Assembly (NCBI GenBank): GCA_964016885.1
Contig: OZ024746.1
Span: 74,462,001 to 74,526,000 of the forward strand
DNA from: Eledone cirrhosa
Taxonomy: Eukaryota
DNA length: 64,000 bases
Direction of reading: 5' to 3'
The notes below the pieces were generated by a model. It made no database searches. It was not told the DNA's origin and was given only the letters and a program-made list of their open reading frames with translations. Made by a program: the position numbers and the translations under genes. Positions 27,053 through 41,314 of the stretch are shown here, in pieces (position 1 is the stretch's first letter; each line of letters starts with the position of its first letter).

Positions 27053-28407
27053 GTGAGAGTTCAAAAGGTGTGTAGGGGAGTGGTGGAGAGACATATAGCG
27101 AAAGGAAACGGTGCGAATGAAAAATTAACAAATAAAGACAAAAATATAATAAATAATAAATAAAAATAAAGCATGATCAAAATACAAGGAATGAGAAAAT
27201 TTAAAAATAAAGGCATGGTCAAAATAAACTGAGATTAAAAGGGGGGTAAACAGGTGGTGGAAGGGTGTGGGGTGAGTAGAGGTGGTGGCGGGTGGAGTGG
27301 GGAGAGGGAGACGGGGTGTCCGAGCGGGGAGGGCTGAACGTGGTGTGTGTGGTTAGGTGTGCGTGTGTGTGTATGTGTGTGTGTGTATGTGAAAGTGAGG
27401 GTTGGGGGAAGAACGGGGTTGCATGTTCAGGAAGGTGTGTGTGGGGGGTGTTTGTGTGGGTCGGAGGGTATGTGCGTGTGTGGATAGGGGGGTGGGGGGA
27501 GAGGAATCAGGGGGCTGAGGGTGTAAATATGTGGTGGGAAGCACGTGTGTGTGGTTTAAGCGTGTTGTGGGTGTGGGTGGCGTGTGGATAAAAAAATTTG
27601 TTTTGGGGTGTGTGTGTGTGGGTGAGTTATATAGGTGGTGGTGTAAGAGGGTGGTTGAAAAGTGGTAAGTTACACGGATGTATGGAGATTTTGGTGAGAA
27701 GTCAAAACGCGTGTGGGTAATCCAAGAAGCGGTGGTCGGAAGAGGAGAGATGTGGGGTGCGCGCGCAACAGGAAGTGGTCAGCAGTGGAAGTGCTGTGGT
27801 CAGTTGGTGCTGAGACAGTGGTCGGAAGGGCATAGCAGCAGTCGGCGGAATGGTAGGGAGGCGAGGATGGGTAGGTGTGAGAGTTGGAGTGAGGAGGGTG
27901 TGTGTGTGTGTGTGTGTGTATATTAGTGGGGTGTTAGTGGGATGAGTGAGTGTGGAGCAGGGAGAGAAGAGTGTGTGTGGTTCTATGGAGGGAGTGTGGT
28001 GTACTGGTGTGTGTGTAGTTTGGTGAAGAGGTGTTAGTGGGTGTTAATATACGGGAGGTGGGGAGGGGTGGAATGCAGGTGTGAGTGGGGGTTAGTGGGG
28101 GTAGGGTGTGTAGAGTTGGTGGTGTACGAGGGTGTGTGGGTACGTGTGCGTGGGGTTGGAGGGTGTTGGTGATGTTAGTTGCATGGGGGTGGGTGGTGTA
28201 AGTGGGTGCGTGTGTGCGTGTGATAAGGAGGGGGAGGAGGAGAAGAGGGGAGGGAAGGGATGTTAGTAGGTTAGTTGGGGAAGGGTGGTCAGATGAGGGG
28301 TGGAGTGGAGGTGTTAGTATTGTTAGTGTGGGGTGGGCGGTGAAAAGGAGGGGTGTGTTAGTGGTGTTAGTGGGGGATAAGTGTGGGGGGAGGGGGGAGG
28401 TCGAACG

Positions 28408-29415
28408 CTAAAGGAATAAGGCTGGGGAGTTCAGGCCGGGAGGAGTGTGGGTCTGTAAGATGAAGATAGTACGTTGTTCGACCGTAAGGCGATGGGCGGG
28501 TGTTCCGTGGCACTGGAGTAGACCACAGACTGTGAGATGGCGTGCGGAGTGTCCAGGGCCACCAAAGTGGCGGGCGATGGGGGAACTGCCCCCGAGACGA
28601 ATGTCCCAGAGGTGCTCCGTGACTCGGTCCGCCAGGCGGCGTCCCGTCTGTCCGACATAAGTCGCGCTGCACCTCGTGCAACGAAGTCCGTAGACTAGGT
28701 TGGAGGAGGTGCAGCGGAAGGCATGCCGGACCGAGAGAGAGTGGCCGTTGGGACCCTGGAAGGTGGTGGTGTTGGTGATGTGGGGACAGGTGTTGCAGCG
28801 GGGCCTAGAACAGGGGAAGGAACCGGGGGGGGGAAACGGAGCGTGGGTTGGGGGGTAGGGAGCTGTGGACGAGGAGGGTGCGGAGATTGCGTGCGCGTTT
28901 GAAGGAGGGGAGTGGTGGGGTTGGGAAGATGTGGGAGGTGGAGGGGTCTTACTGGAGGTGTCGGAAGAGGCGGCGGATGGTGCGGTGGAGGGGTGCGGTG
29001 TAGGGGTGGTAGGTGATGGGGTAGGGGAGACGGTGGGTGGGTGTGCGGTGGCGTGGGGTAAGGGTGGTGGAGCGGGGGATAGCACGGGCGCGGGTGAGAG
29101 CGGTGTGGACGAGAGAGGGGGGTAACCTCTGCGGATGAAATGGCTGACTAGGGAAAGGGCCTGGGACTCGAAGTCAGCATCTCGGCTACAGAGGCGGCGG
29201 ATCCTGAGAAGTTGGGAGTAGGGAATGGAGAGTTTAGTGTGGGTGGGGTGGGAAGAGGTGAAGTCGAGGTAAGAGTGGGAGTCGGTGGGTTTGAAGAAGG
29301 CAGAGGTGACGAGGGAGTGGTGGGAGGGGTCGAAGGCGACGGAGATGTCCAAGAAGTGGACGTGGGTGGTGGAGATAGAGGTGGTGAAGTGGAGGGAGGG
29401 GTGGAAGGAGCAGAT
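28408..29415 (-). pseudogene. Penelope-like RT C-terminus plus GIY-YIG endonuclease, frameshifted
   Basis: '[59 protein letters not shown]'; Cys linker 'CSRPRCNTC'; '[30 protein letters not shown]...[17 protein letters not shown]'; the middle part is in another frame with a stop. Confidence 0.9.
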
Positions 29416-29469
29416 GTATCTATGTATATGTGCAAATATATATGTATATGTATGTATGTATATGTGTAA

Positions 29470-29551
<82 letters not shown>

Positions 29552-30264
29552 CTATGTATTTGTATATATATATATATATACTTCCGCGGATATTGTGTCT
29601 GCCGAAATTCGACTCAATGTTGTGGTAGAACGGAATATACTCACACCAAGGACCATCCTATTGGATTGAACCAAAGGCCACATTTGAGAAAAGTGAATCT
29701 ATAAAGCCCTATGTCTGCCTACCACAGCTTCCTCGTAACTGATTGTAAAATTATGCAATTTACAAATAATTGTTTCTACTTTTGACACAAAGTCATAACA
29801 AATAATTTGTCTGTGGAATGACGTCTCTATGAAATGCCAAAAGCATCTTACCTCTGATTACGTTACACTATGGAAAATTCTGTATTGAATTATTTTGAAG
29901 AAATACCATATCCTGACATGATTTTAATTGTTTCTGTAAAATAACAACAACAAAACTTCGTCACATGAAAACCACCTGGAAAAACCTAAATATATTTTTC
30001 TAACAAACGTCATTTATTTCTCTACCGTCTGAATCGATGTTATCAATATTGGAAATCATACATAGACGATAGGTACAGTATCTTCCGCTCTAAATGTATA
30101 AATATACAGATAATTCTATAATCATTTTTAACTTACCATCAACATATATACCTATACTACACCCACAGCTTGTCTGACAGTACAATTTAGCTTTTAATAA
30201 CTGAGTCAGTGTGATTTATTCTACGTGATCGACTGAGTTGTAAGAAATAACACCCATAGTTCTC

Positions 30265-30580
30265 TTAAATTACACCACTTCTTTTCTTCGTTTTCTTATT
30301 CCAGAGAGGTCGTGGGGGAAGAGTCCTCAAACACTCCTTCCAACAGGTCCTGTGAGAAGCAACCGTCTCCAACTGATCTGGCTGGATCCCCAAGTGTGAC
30401 CAGCCAAGCTCAAGGATGTTATCCAACCATTTTGCTTGGGGTCGGGGTTTGCCCATGGGTCTGCTACCTGCGGGTTTCACCCGTAAAATCTATCCAGCGA
30501 TTCTTTCATTAGACATTCTAACCACATGCCCATAGTATCGGAGCTGTGATCTCTCAATTCGGAGAAGTAGCGGTTACACC
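30265..30580 (-). mobile_element. RTE-clade LINE 3' end fragment
   Basis: 'PLLLRIERSQLRYYGHVVRMSNERIA..KPAGSRPMGKPRPQAKWLDNILELGWSHLGI..LPPRP'. Confidence 0.8.
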
Positions 30581-31724
30581 ACGCCGTCTAAAATAAGGAA
30601 GTTGATGACAATGAAAACGGTGACTAACAGTAAATTAGGATTGCAAACAGGTAGTCACGTCCAAAATCCAATTGGCCTAAATAATTAACAATTAATTAAG
30701 GCCTTATGCCAAAAAGCATATTTTCAATTGTCAGCTGCTTCAAATATATTTGACAGGACATAGATTTTACAGAACCTTTCTATCATTGCATTGTTATGTT
30801 AGAGGACATGCTTTATTGATTGTGTGTAGTGTTCTGTTTAATTGTATCTGTATCTGTGACATGGAGTTCAGAAGCTCTCTGAAAGATAAAGTCGATATTC
30901 TGAGTTAAGACGTATGTTTTTTTCTTCTTTTTTTTTATTTCTTTATAAGCTGTTTCGACATCAATCTTTAAAGAAATTATATTTACATTATAGAAAAGCT
31001 GACACTCTAATAGATGTAGCTTCAAGCATTACTTCAGGTCCTATGTTATCTTAATAAATGAATATCGTCTGCAAATATAATATTGGTATTAGGGTTAATA
31101 TTTGCGAGGGCATTGCTTACTAATTATGTGATAAATCCCCAGAAGCAATTTTTATAGGAATCTGAAACTAATGAGGTCTATTTACGATGTGTAACCTCGA
31201 AGTCTCTGATAATAGACCATTAAAGAGTTACATATATCATCATACAATGAAAAATATCACGTCGATAGTGAAACCTTCTGGCAAACATAGTGCTACTACA
31301 GCATGCATTATGTTCATGTAACCAGACCTTAAAATTAGTATTGTAAATCAGTATCTATTACAAACACCTACTGTTTGTACTCTCCGTAAACAGTCACGAA
31401 CTAAAGCGTGCATGCTACAGTGACATTTATATTCATAACGACGGACACTCATTATTAATGCAAAGCGACTAATATATAATATATACATAACAGATCATTT
31501 GACGGAAACCACAGTTACTGAGGCTACAATTGTTATAACAATGACACTAAATATACATAGCTTCTCTTACATGCAATTAGACAAACGATCAATTCGCTGA
31601 GAAAGGAATATACATTTATATATATATTCAGTTAAAACAATTCTAAGACGTACGAAAATATATAAACATTTAAGCGATTATATACTAATAATCAGGAGTT
31701 AGCATACGGTATAAATATGCATAC

Positions 31725-31779
<55 letters not shown>

Positions 31780-32567
31780 GGAAAGAGAGAGGGGTGGGTA
31801 TTTATTTTGACATACATATACAATACGTTGGATGTATTTAAATTAGCTATCAGACTAGTCATAACATGCAGTAAAGTGAATTAATATAAATTGATATAGA
31901 CCATTAATGTTAACATATAGCAACATTATGTTTCATACTAAGCTTAGGGCAATAAATCAACAGTTGATAAACCTAACCTAATCAGATATAATGTGACTTA
32001 CAGTTATAATAAATAGAATTTCTAATTGTATTTCGGTTGAAAGATTTTATAAAGATGAATGATACATATATATATGCATATATACATATTCTGTATGCAA
32101 AAATTGCATGTACACATGTACAGATACAAAACATATTCACATTCACACATATAACTCAAAACATACACATACACACATACAATATTCATACCTGCACACA
32201 CATGTATACACACATACAATATTCATACCTGCACACACATGAATACACACATACAATATTCATACCTGCACACACGTGTATGCATACAGACATATCTATC
32301 TAGTTGATGTTGTTTAAATTATGATAGAAACCGACTCTCTCTCTAGTAAAAATTCATAAAATTATAAAACCAGAAGAACATACATACATACATGCATATG
32401 TCACCGGTACTTTGTGAAAGCAACATCAAATATCAGCCCGGTGCAAATCTATCAATCGAAACAACGAGTAATTTTAATTTCTTCATGGTTTTCTGTTCAA
32501 CTTCTAGCTGTCCAATGAGGCCATAACTTTTGCATAATGGTTATTACCGAAATATAATTAACAGCGA

Positions 32568-33350
32568 TTATGAATAAATGCGAGTAGCGAAGACTGTGCT
32601 GATGGTGGTGAGTAGGGAGTTGGCTCTAGGGCCAAGGACACAAGAAGTCTCCACTGCTAAGGGCTCGGCCACAAACCTGTCGGAGAGGGACCGATATTTG
32701 GAGAGTATACCCTCCTCGGCCCGAAGTCCAGCAGACCCTGGGTGTGTCACAGACTGCACCATGTTGCCTCTGGAGAATGTGTCGCTGCATGTGACATCCC
32801 AGATGAGGAGTTTACCATCACGGAACGGGAAGATAGTCATGCCGTCTAGCCTTTTGCCGTCCTCTCGTTCCAGACTCGCCGGCTCGAGCTGGGAGGGGAA
32901 GCCTGCAGCATCCAAGCCATGCTTTATGACCTCGTTGAGAGCAGCATGGTGTGGAAGGCGATTAATACTAAAGCGACTGGAGAGAGGGAAGAGGCCGAAA
33001 GCGTATTTCGGTGGAACCGCAGCGACATTTGTGGGACTCGCAGATCGGGAGGCTGAGCCTCAGAAAAAACCCGATTCACAGACTATCATTATCTAGTTGC
33101 GTGCCAATTTAAAAGGATTGAGCCAGACACCACTGTGGGGGTGTAGGGGCGAGCGAAAACATGCGAGGCGGTGCTAGTCGAGCTGGCGCGCTAGCTTGTC
33201 CGAGGCCACATCATACGGGATAGCATCCCATGTGCTCTGTGGGAATTTGATGTCTGCAGGGGGAAAAGGAGGATGGACGTCTACTGGGGGGAATCCGAGC
33301 CGGTTCCTCTAGCAGGCGTCCTCACGATCCTCAGTCAGAGTGGGTTCCAT
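32568..33350 (-). mobile_element. CRE-like non-LTR retrotransposon fragment with restriction-like endonuclease domain
   Basis: 'RLPHHAALNEVIKHGLDAAGFPSQLEP..DGKRLDGMTIFPFRDGKLLIWDVTCSDT..AEEGILSKY..PLAVETSCVLG' matches the (R)PD..WD.T..K..KY REL pattern; GC-rich island. Confidence 0.75.
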
Positions 33351-33539
33351 TATAGTGATTGTCAACAGTAGCTTTATTCAATAGGCAACGACACTTGGTA
33401 TTGTTCTTGTGACAACCCCCAAAATTCAAAAGTAGAGGATGAAAGGTAAAGTAAATCTCGGCGGGATTTGAACTCTGTACGTAAAGAACCGTAACTATAT
33501 GCTGCGAAGTATGTTTTCATATGCTCTACCTCTATAATA

Positions 33540-33638
33540 ATTGTTTCTACATTTGGCACAAGGCCGGCAATTACCCAGTGCATTACTGGTACTTTATTTT
33601 ATCGACCCCGTAAGGATGAAATGCAAAGTTAACCTCGG
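33540..33638 (-). mobile_element. 5'-truncated SINE A with 18-bp target-site duplication
   Basis: ctctacctctataataat at 33524-33541 and 33639-33656; adjoins an older SINE A remnant (33410-33520). Confidence 0.85.
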
Positions 33639-33757
33639 CTCTACCTCTATAATAATAATCGTTCTTATTACTTACAAAATTATCATCATAATGACAACTA
33701 TAATAATAATAATAATGATGATGAGGAACCAATAAGCAAATTGAACAAGAATCGTAC

Positions 33758-33808
<51 letters not shown>

Positions 33809-33812
<4 letters not shown>

Positions 33813-33963
33813 CGAAACATAAGTCAATTGCATGAACTCATAATCCTTTATTTACTGCTATATATATATTTCGATGATAGCCATTGAATGGCTATGACCT
33901 CATCAGGCAGTTAGTCAGTTCTTAGATATGCCAGCTCTGTGTTTATAGTGTTGATGGTATCAG

Positions 33964-33964
<1 letters not shown>
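33809..33964 (-). repeat. TA-embedded hammerhead-bearing repeat (family D)
   Basis: Near-identical reverse complement of ~45108-45250. Confidence 0.85.
33854..33911 (-). ncRNA. Type I hammerhead ribozyme motif
   Basis: actgc-CTGATGA-ggtcatagcca(ttcaa)tggctatcatc-GAAA-tatatata-TA-gcagt. Confidence 0.85.
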
Positions 33965-34025
<61 letters not shown>

Positions 34026-34666
34026 CCGTAACATTCAGTAGATTAAACGGTAGACCCCCATCCCACACCCATATGATATTAACTAATTTTTTTTTAAAGA
34101 AAAGTAGAAATTATCAAGATTCCGATTATATGTTTAGTATTAAAATTTTCCATTAATAATGATTCCTGTTATTTTGACTTACTCATATAATAAATAAAAT
34201 TTAAGGACTTAATTTAAGAAATCATAAATTATAATGCAAACTCAACATTTCTCCATTGAGAGGATATCGCATTTCTTGAAGGCTCGTGTTATCTCATACG
34301 GTAAGATCAGCTTATTTTTCATCACATGCTCTCACTGAGATTAATTATAAAATATAATATAATACCTACAATTAATTGCAATACGCATTTCCATATCACA
34401 TTATATAATTACAATATAAAACATATGTGCCTGGTTAATAGGTAATGAGCCCTGGCTCACGGTAGATTATTCGGTAACCGTTATTCGGCCAATTTTTTCA
34501 TCAGTGCTTCCCTAATTATAGTAACTCTAAAAAGCGATCTTTTAATGAAGATTTTCTGACTAACGATGATATCAGACACGGGCCGATGATGGAACATATA
34601 TGTATTTCCTAGCCATACTAGGAAATGCAACTAAATTATTTCTTTAACAAGAAGTAACTAAATAAG

Positions 34667-34850
34667 TGTTTCTACTTTTGGCACAAGGCCAGTATTTACA
34701 CAGTATATTACTGGTACTTTATTTTATCGACCCCGTAAGGATGAAAGACAAAGTTAACCTCGGCGGGATTTGAACTCAGCTCATAAAGGGACGTAACTCT
34801 CAGCTAGAAAGCATGGCGTCCGACTCTCTACCGATACTGCCAATCCACCG
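34667..34850 (-). mobile_element. SINE family A
   Basis: Full-length reverse match. Confidence 0.85.
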
Positions 34851-35214
34851 CCCTCGATAACTAAGTAATACAAGTTATACTCTACCGGCATAATGATGAA
34901 TACGATGATTAAATATTTTCCTGTTAAATTTGCCTTTTAGAAATGTTATGTTCGCCATGCCGTATGTCGGATGATTTCCTACACAGGAAGAAATCTCCTG
35001 TGTTCTAACCTGGAGAGGTGATGTGGTCGACCAAGCTTTAAACTACCCAGGAAACGTTACATGCCACTGCGGCTCCCCTAAGACTACACCAGGAGTTACG
35101 TGTACATACATACATACATACATACAAAAGGACGGTGATTATGGCTAGTTCAAATCAGGTATGAACTTAAGAGAAAATATTATGTAATAAGCACCTTTAG
35201 ACAACGGCGCACGA

Positions 35215-35260
35215 ACTACTACTACTAGTACTACTACTACTATTTCTACTACTACTATTT

Positions 35261-35350
<90 letters not shown>

Positions 35351-35370
35351 ATAGTAGTAGTAGTAGAAAT
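35215..35370. repeat. Inverted (TAC)n/(GTA)n microsatellite
   Basis: TAC run flips to GTA run at ~35319. Confidence 0.9.
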
Positions 35371-35855
35371 TACAATAAAAGATAAATATTTTTCTGATAT
35401 TTTGCTGTATTGTGAAATCTCAAGCCGTGTTTATGTTTGTGCCAATTATATACGATAGTTTTACTTTAAAGAAAAATTTTTCTTATCTCTGTATAATCAG
35501 TCTTAGTAGACAACAAAGTTTCTTTTACCGTTAGCCAAGAGGTTCGAATCGTTCATGAGAGATTTCGCTTTAAAATCAGGAATAAATTTTCCTTATCTTA
35601 AAATTATTCCATCGATTGACTTTTGGTTTTTGTCTGTTTTGTTTATCTACAAAACCTAACGTATACATACATTAATTTACACACACTCATCATACACACT
35701 CACAAACGTCAGTAAAAACTCATTCATACATACAGTCGCACATACCATCCCATCCTCTGCACCTCAAGCCCGCAACCACCCAGCAACCCCCACCCTTCTG
35801 AAACCACAGTCATCACCAAAGACGTACTGCAAAACTATTTTTACTTTTATCACTC

Positions 35856-35931
<76 letters not shown>

Positions 35932-35941
35932 ATATATATAA

Positions 35942-36050
<109 letters not shown>

Positions 36051-36084
36051 GTAATTCCGTAGGAAAGGTACAGGAAATAACTAA

Positions 36085-36116
<32 letters not shown>

Positions 36117-36619
36117 TTATAGGTAGGTGGGTTTGTGTGTGTGTGTGTGTGTGTGTGAGTCGGCATCTGTGTGTTTGTGTCATGCTCGTGGTGTAAAGTA
36201 TTACATGTATGTATACAACTGTGTATATTTGTGAAGTTTGGTGTGTGTTGAGAATGTTTGCGTTTAGAATATAAGTAAATATCAAGATTTTATATAGACA
36301 AACATACACAAAGAGATAAAACACATACCACCCTACTCACACATACATACATCTTTTGATTTATTTCTTATTATATTGTGTTATAATTAGCTACGTCTGG
36401 ACGTCTTGGAATTTACACATAACACTTGGCCTAATACGTCAACTTTTGTCGTTACAGTGCTGTGCTAAATGGATTTAGTCTATTTTTAATTATATTGCCT
36501 GTAATTATTTATATTATGTAAAAGATATATATGTATATAAATGTTGGATCTCGGTCGGTTTCGACGATTACTTTTTCCAAAGGTTTGAACAGTATGTGGA
36601 ATTAACATTAACATAGTCA

Positions 36620-36810
36620 GGGTGGTGGATTGGCAGTATCGGTAGAGGGTCGGACGCCATGCTTTGACGCATAGTGTTACGCCCCTTGTCATTCTGAGCT
36701 CAAATTCCGCCGAGGTTAAGTTTGCCTTTCATCCTTATGGGGTCGATAAAATAAAGTACCAGTAATTCACTGGTGTATTTGTTGGCCTTGTGCCAAAAGT
36801 AGAAACAATT
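36620..36810 (+). mobile_element. SINE family A with target-site duplication
   Basis: attaacatagtca at 36607-36619 and 36808-36820. Confidence 0.88.
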
Positions 36811-36963
36811 AACATAGTCAAATTAGTTATGACACAGTGAGTGTAAAAGGCTGTCGTCTGAATAACATGCTGTAGTTAAATTTTCCAGCTATGTAGGCTA
36901 CAGCAACTTGACACTACAGACCACCTCGAGTCGAATTCATGATGTTACGATCGTCAGTTGAAT

Positions 36964-37015
<52 letters not shown>

Positions 37016-37018
<3 letters not shown>

Positions 37019-37113
37019 GGATTCTGTCAAAATATGTTAGACACCAGAGTACTCGATGCGTGGGTAGCAGAGTGTGGTAATATGAAAGAGTTGGGACTCG
37101 AACTCTTTCACAC
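37016..37113 (+). repeat. Family C repeat with terminal hairpin
   Basis: accagagtactcgatgcgtgggtagcagag..tgaaagagtt(gggactcg)aactctttca. Confidence 0.65.
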
Positions 37114-37189
<76 letters not shown>

Positions 37190-37472
37190 CTGTGTGAATG
37201 TGCATGTGTGTATGTGTGCACCTGTTACAACGATGAATTTGATCCGTCTAAAGTGTCTCTTAAAATTTTAGCGTAGCTCAAGAGATACACATGAAATAAG
37301 CCGCTTGAATTTAGATGCAGTGTCTTCGTTATCATAAAAGAAATATTTGTAGAACTAGTTTATATCCTGAGTTGGGATTTCACCAGCGACCAAGAATCCA
37401 TTTTTAGTGTTACACCGGGATGGTATTGGCCGATATATATTACGAATTATAATATCGGTATAAAATATATAT

Positions 37473-37820
37473 AGGTGGCGTATTGACGGAGCTGTTCGAA
37501 CACCGAATGAAGATGGTTGCGGCATTCGTTTTCGATCTCTGCGCCCTGATTTAAAATCCTGCCAAGATCGACTTTGCCTTTCATCCCTTCTAGTTCGATA
37601 TAATATGAACTAGTCGCTCAATAACAATTAGCGATTCCTATGGGTAGAGTGTCGGACGCCATCCTTTGACGCAGTGCATTACTGATACTTTATTTTATCG
37701 ACCCTGTAAGGATGAAAGGCAAAGATAACCTTGGCGGGATTTGACCTCAGAATGACAAGGGCCGTAATTCTATGCGTCAAAGCATGGCGTCCGACTCTCT
37801 ACCGATACTGCCAATCAATC
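37473..37820. mobile_element. SINE A cluster (old + copy, then rearranged - copy)
   Basis: Diverged copy 37473-37620; short + fragment 37642-37670 joined to a - copy 37671-37818. Confidence 0.7.
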
Positions 37821-37837
37821 GCGGAATACTCAATATT

Positions 37838-38782
<945 letters not shown>

Positions 38783-38954
38783 CACAGTAAATTAGAATTG
38801 GTGCTCTGAAATAGCTATATATATATGAATGTATATATAGTGTATTTTGCAATTTACTGTATGCTTAATTAAAAGCCTTTCGAAGACCTTATGCTATTGT
38901 TTTAGAGTAGTGACAGTCTCACTTAGTTTAATTTTCAGCAAACAGGGGAGATAA

Positions 38955-38999
38955 AGCTGACAGAGCTCTGTTTCGCATTTTTTTATGCTTATCAAACCT
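38955..38999 (-). ncRNA. Hammerhead-like motif with U3:A8 core
   Basis: aggt-TTGATAA-gcat(aaaaa)atgc-GAAA-cagagctctg-TC-agct; stem I imperfect. Confidence 0.6.
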
Positions 39000-39338
39000 A
39001 ACTACTCCTCCTGTTTGCTGAAAATCATGAATGTTTGATTCTTATAGAATTCTAGTAAATAATCAGGAACTGATTATACAGCGCGGTTGCCGGTCAAGCA
39101 GAAATTGAAAATTAGAATTGGTCCTCTGAAATAGCTATATATATATATATGAATATATATATAGTGTATTTTGCAATACACTGTATGCCTAATTAAAAGC
39201 ATTTCGAAGACCTTATGCTATTGTTTTAGAGTAGTGACAGTCTCACTTACTTTAATTTTGTATAATCAGTTCCTGATTATTTATTAGAATTCTATAAGAA
39301 TCAAACATCCATGATTTTCAGCAAACAGGAGGAGTAGT

Positions 39339-39384
39339 TAGTTTGATAAGTATAAAAAAATGCGAAACAGAGCTCTGTCAGCTT
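39339..39384 (+). ncRNA. Hammerhead-like motif with U3:A8 core (second arm)
   Basis: TTGATAA-gtat(aaaaaa)atgc-GAAA-cagagctctg-TC-agct. Confidence 0.55.
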
Positions 39385-39520
39385 TATCTCCCCTGTTTGC
39401 TGAAAATTAAAGTAGATGAGACTGTCACTACTCTAAAACAATAGCATAATGTCTTCGAAATGTTTTTAATTAAGCATACAGTGCATTGCAAAATACACTA
39501 TATATACATTCATATATACA

Positions 39521-39656
<136 letters not shown>

Positions 39657-40133
39657 TCTGTGTGTGTGTCTCTGTGTGTGTGTATGCAGTGGTAGTAGAG
39701 GGTATTCCCTAACCTAGCGGCTCCACAAAACGGATCGAACAAATAAGTACCAAATAAGCACAAATTAATGGTGCGGAAATATTATTGATTTCAGTTAAGT
39801 GCCCCAGCATTGCCGTAGTCTAAGAGCTGAAACCATTAAAATAAAATCTCTCTTTTATATATGTTTAAGTTAAAAGGAAGACACGCGCGAAGAACAAAAT
39901 TTTGGTTTCCCACTTTATAGAAGAGGGGGAAAATCGTGTCAACCCACCAACATGCACATACACATTCAAATAAACAAAGACAGACAAAACATATATACAA
40001 ATATACACAACACATATCTAAATTTACAAAAAAAAAAACGAAAAGAAAATATACACATTCGCATACTCACGCGTAGTATATACAGTACTTTAAACATGTA
40101 ATACCCTCATACCGCTCATGTATACATATATAC

Positions 40134-40185
<52 letters not shown>

Positions 40186-40277
40186 TTAAATTAAATTAAG
40201 GGTAGTCATGTCAGAGAGACATGAGCCACTGTAAAATATGCTCCAAGATTCCAATGAATAGATCCGAGCATTTTATG

Positions 40278-40358
40278 TCAACTAGAAATTGATTGATATA
40301 TATATATCTAAAATAAATTTATTTTAGATATATATATATGTCAATCAATTTCTAGTTG
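40278..40358. repeat. Near-perfect palindrome without spacer
   Basis: tcaactagaaattgattgatatatatatatctaaaataaatttattttagatatatatatatgtcaatcaatttctagttga. Confidence 0.85.
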
Positions 40359-40377
40359 ATATATATATATATATATA

Positions 40378-41224
40378 TGGTGGCTGCCAACTCGTTTTCG
40401 AGTACGGCCACTACTTTATATCCATGTAGGAGAACCCCTACCGATGCGCTGAACGAGTGTGACTTTTTAGCGACTTGAAAACTCTGGTACAAACACTACA
40501 CTTGTGACAATTACTGACACATAGTGCTGGGCCCATGGTACCATGTGACGACAAGTGCAGAGAGATCTCCAGATATAAAGCAATGCCTGTGCCGTGAAGC
40601 TTTTATAGTGAGCAAAGCCACTGCACAAAGCCAGTCCCACTCTCTTAACCAAGATGATATTTACCAAAAAGAAGAACAAGTCCACATCATTGGATACCAT
40701 CAGCTGACCCCTTAACCTTTGTCAAGCCAGAATTCTAGGAGAATGAAAACATATATACATACATACATGGTGGCTGCCAACTCGTTTTCGAGTACGGCCA
40801 CTACTTTATATCCATATAGGAGAACCCCTACCGATGCACTGAACGAGTGTGACCTTTTAGTCCAGCCAGCGACTTGAAAACTCTGGTACAAACACTACAC
40901 TTGTGACAAATATTGACACATAGTGCTGGGGCCATGGTACCCTGTGACGACAAGTGCAGAGAGATCTCCAGATATAAAGCAATGCCTGTGCCGTGAAGCT
41001 TTTATAGTGAGCAAAGGCACTGCACAAAGCCAGTCCCACTCTCTTAACCAAGATGATATTTACCAAAAAGAAGAACAAGTCAACATCATTGGATACCATC
41101 AGAGTTGCAGGTGTTATATCAGAGTTTTCCTTCTCCTAGAATTCTGCCTTGACAAAGGCTAAGGGGTCATCTCTCCCGGTGATTTTGGATGGCCATTGAC
41201 TCTTAAGAGCTCCTTTGCCCTTTG

Positions 41225-41226
<2 letters not shown>
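40378..41226. mobile_element. Tandemly duplicated dispersed repeat (family E) joined to RTE 5'UTR-like sequence
   Basis: 40378-40702 ~ 40768-41102 (direct); 40705-40750 is inverted at ~41123-41169 (ctaggagaaggaaaactctg, RTE-5'-like); third partial copy at 43860-44045. Confidence 0.7.

Positions 41227-41314
<88 letters not shown>

Larger units (their letters stand above)
26934..29415 (-). mobile_element. 5'-truncated Penelope-like retroelement (Neptune-like) inserted in (TA)n
   Basis: GC-rich island with RT/thumb and GIY-YIG coding region, ~1.5 kb 3' region, hammerhead core near the 3' end, TA-rich tracts on both sides. Confidence 0.9.

Noticed and set aside
32578-33096. 172-aa plus-strand ORF
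   Set aside because: Antisense shadow of the GC-rich CRE-like fragment
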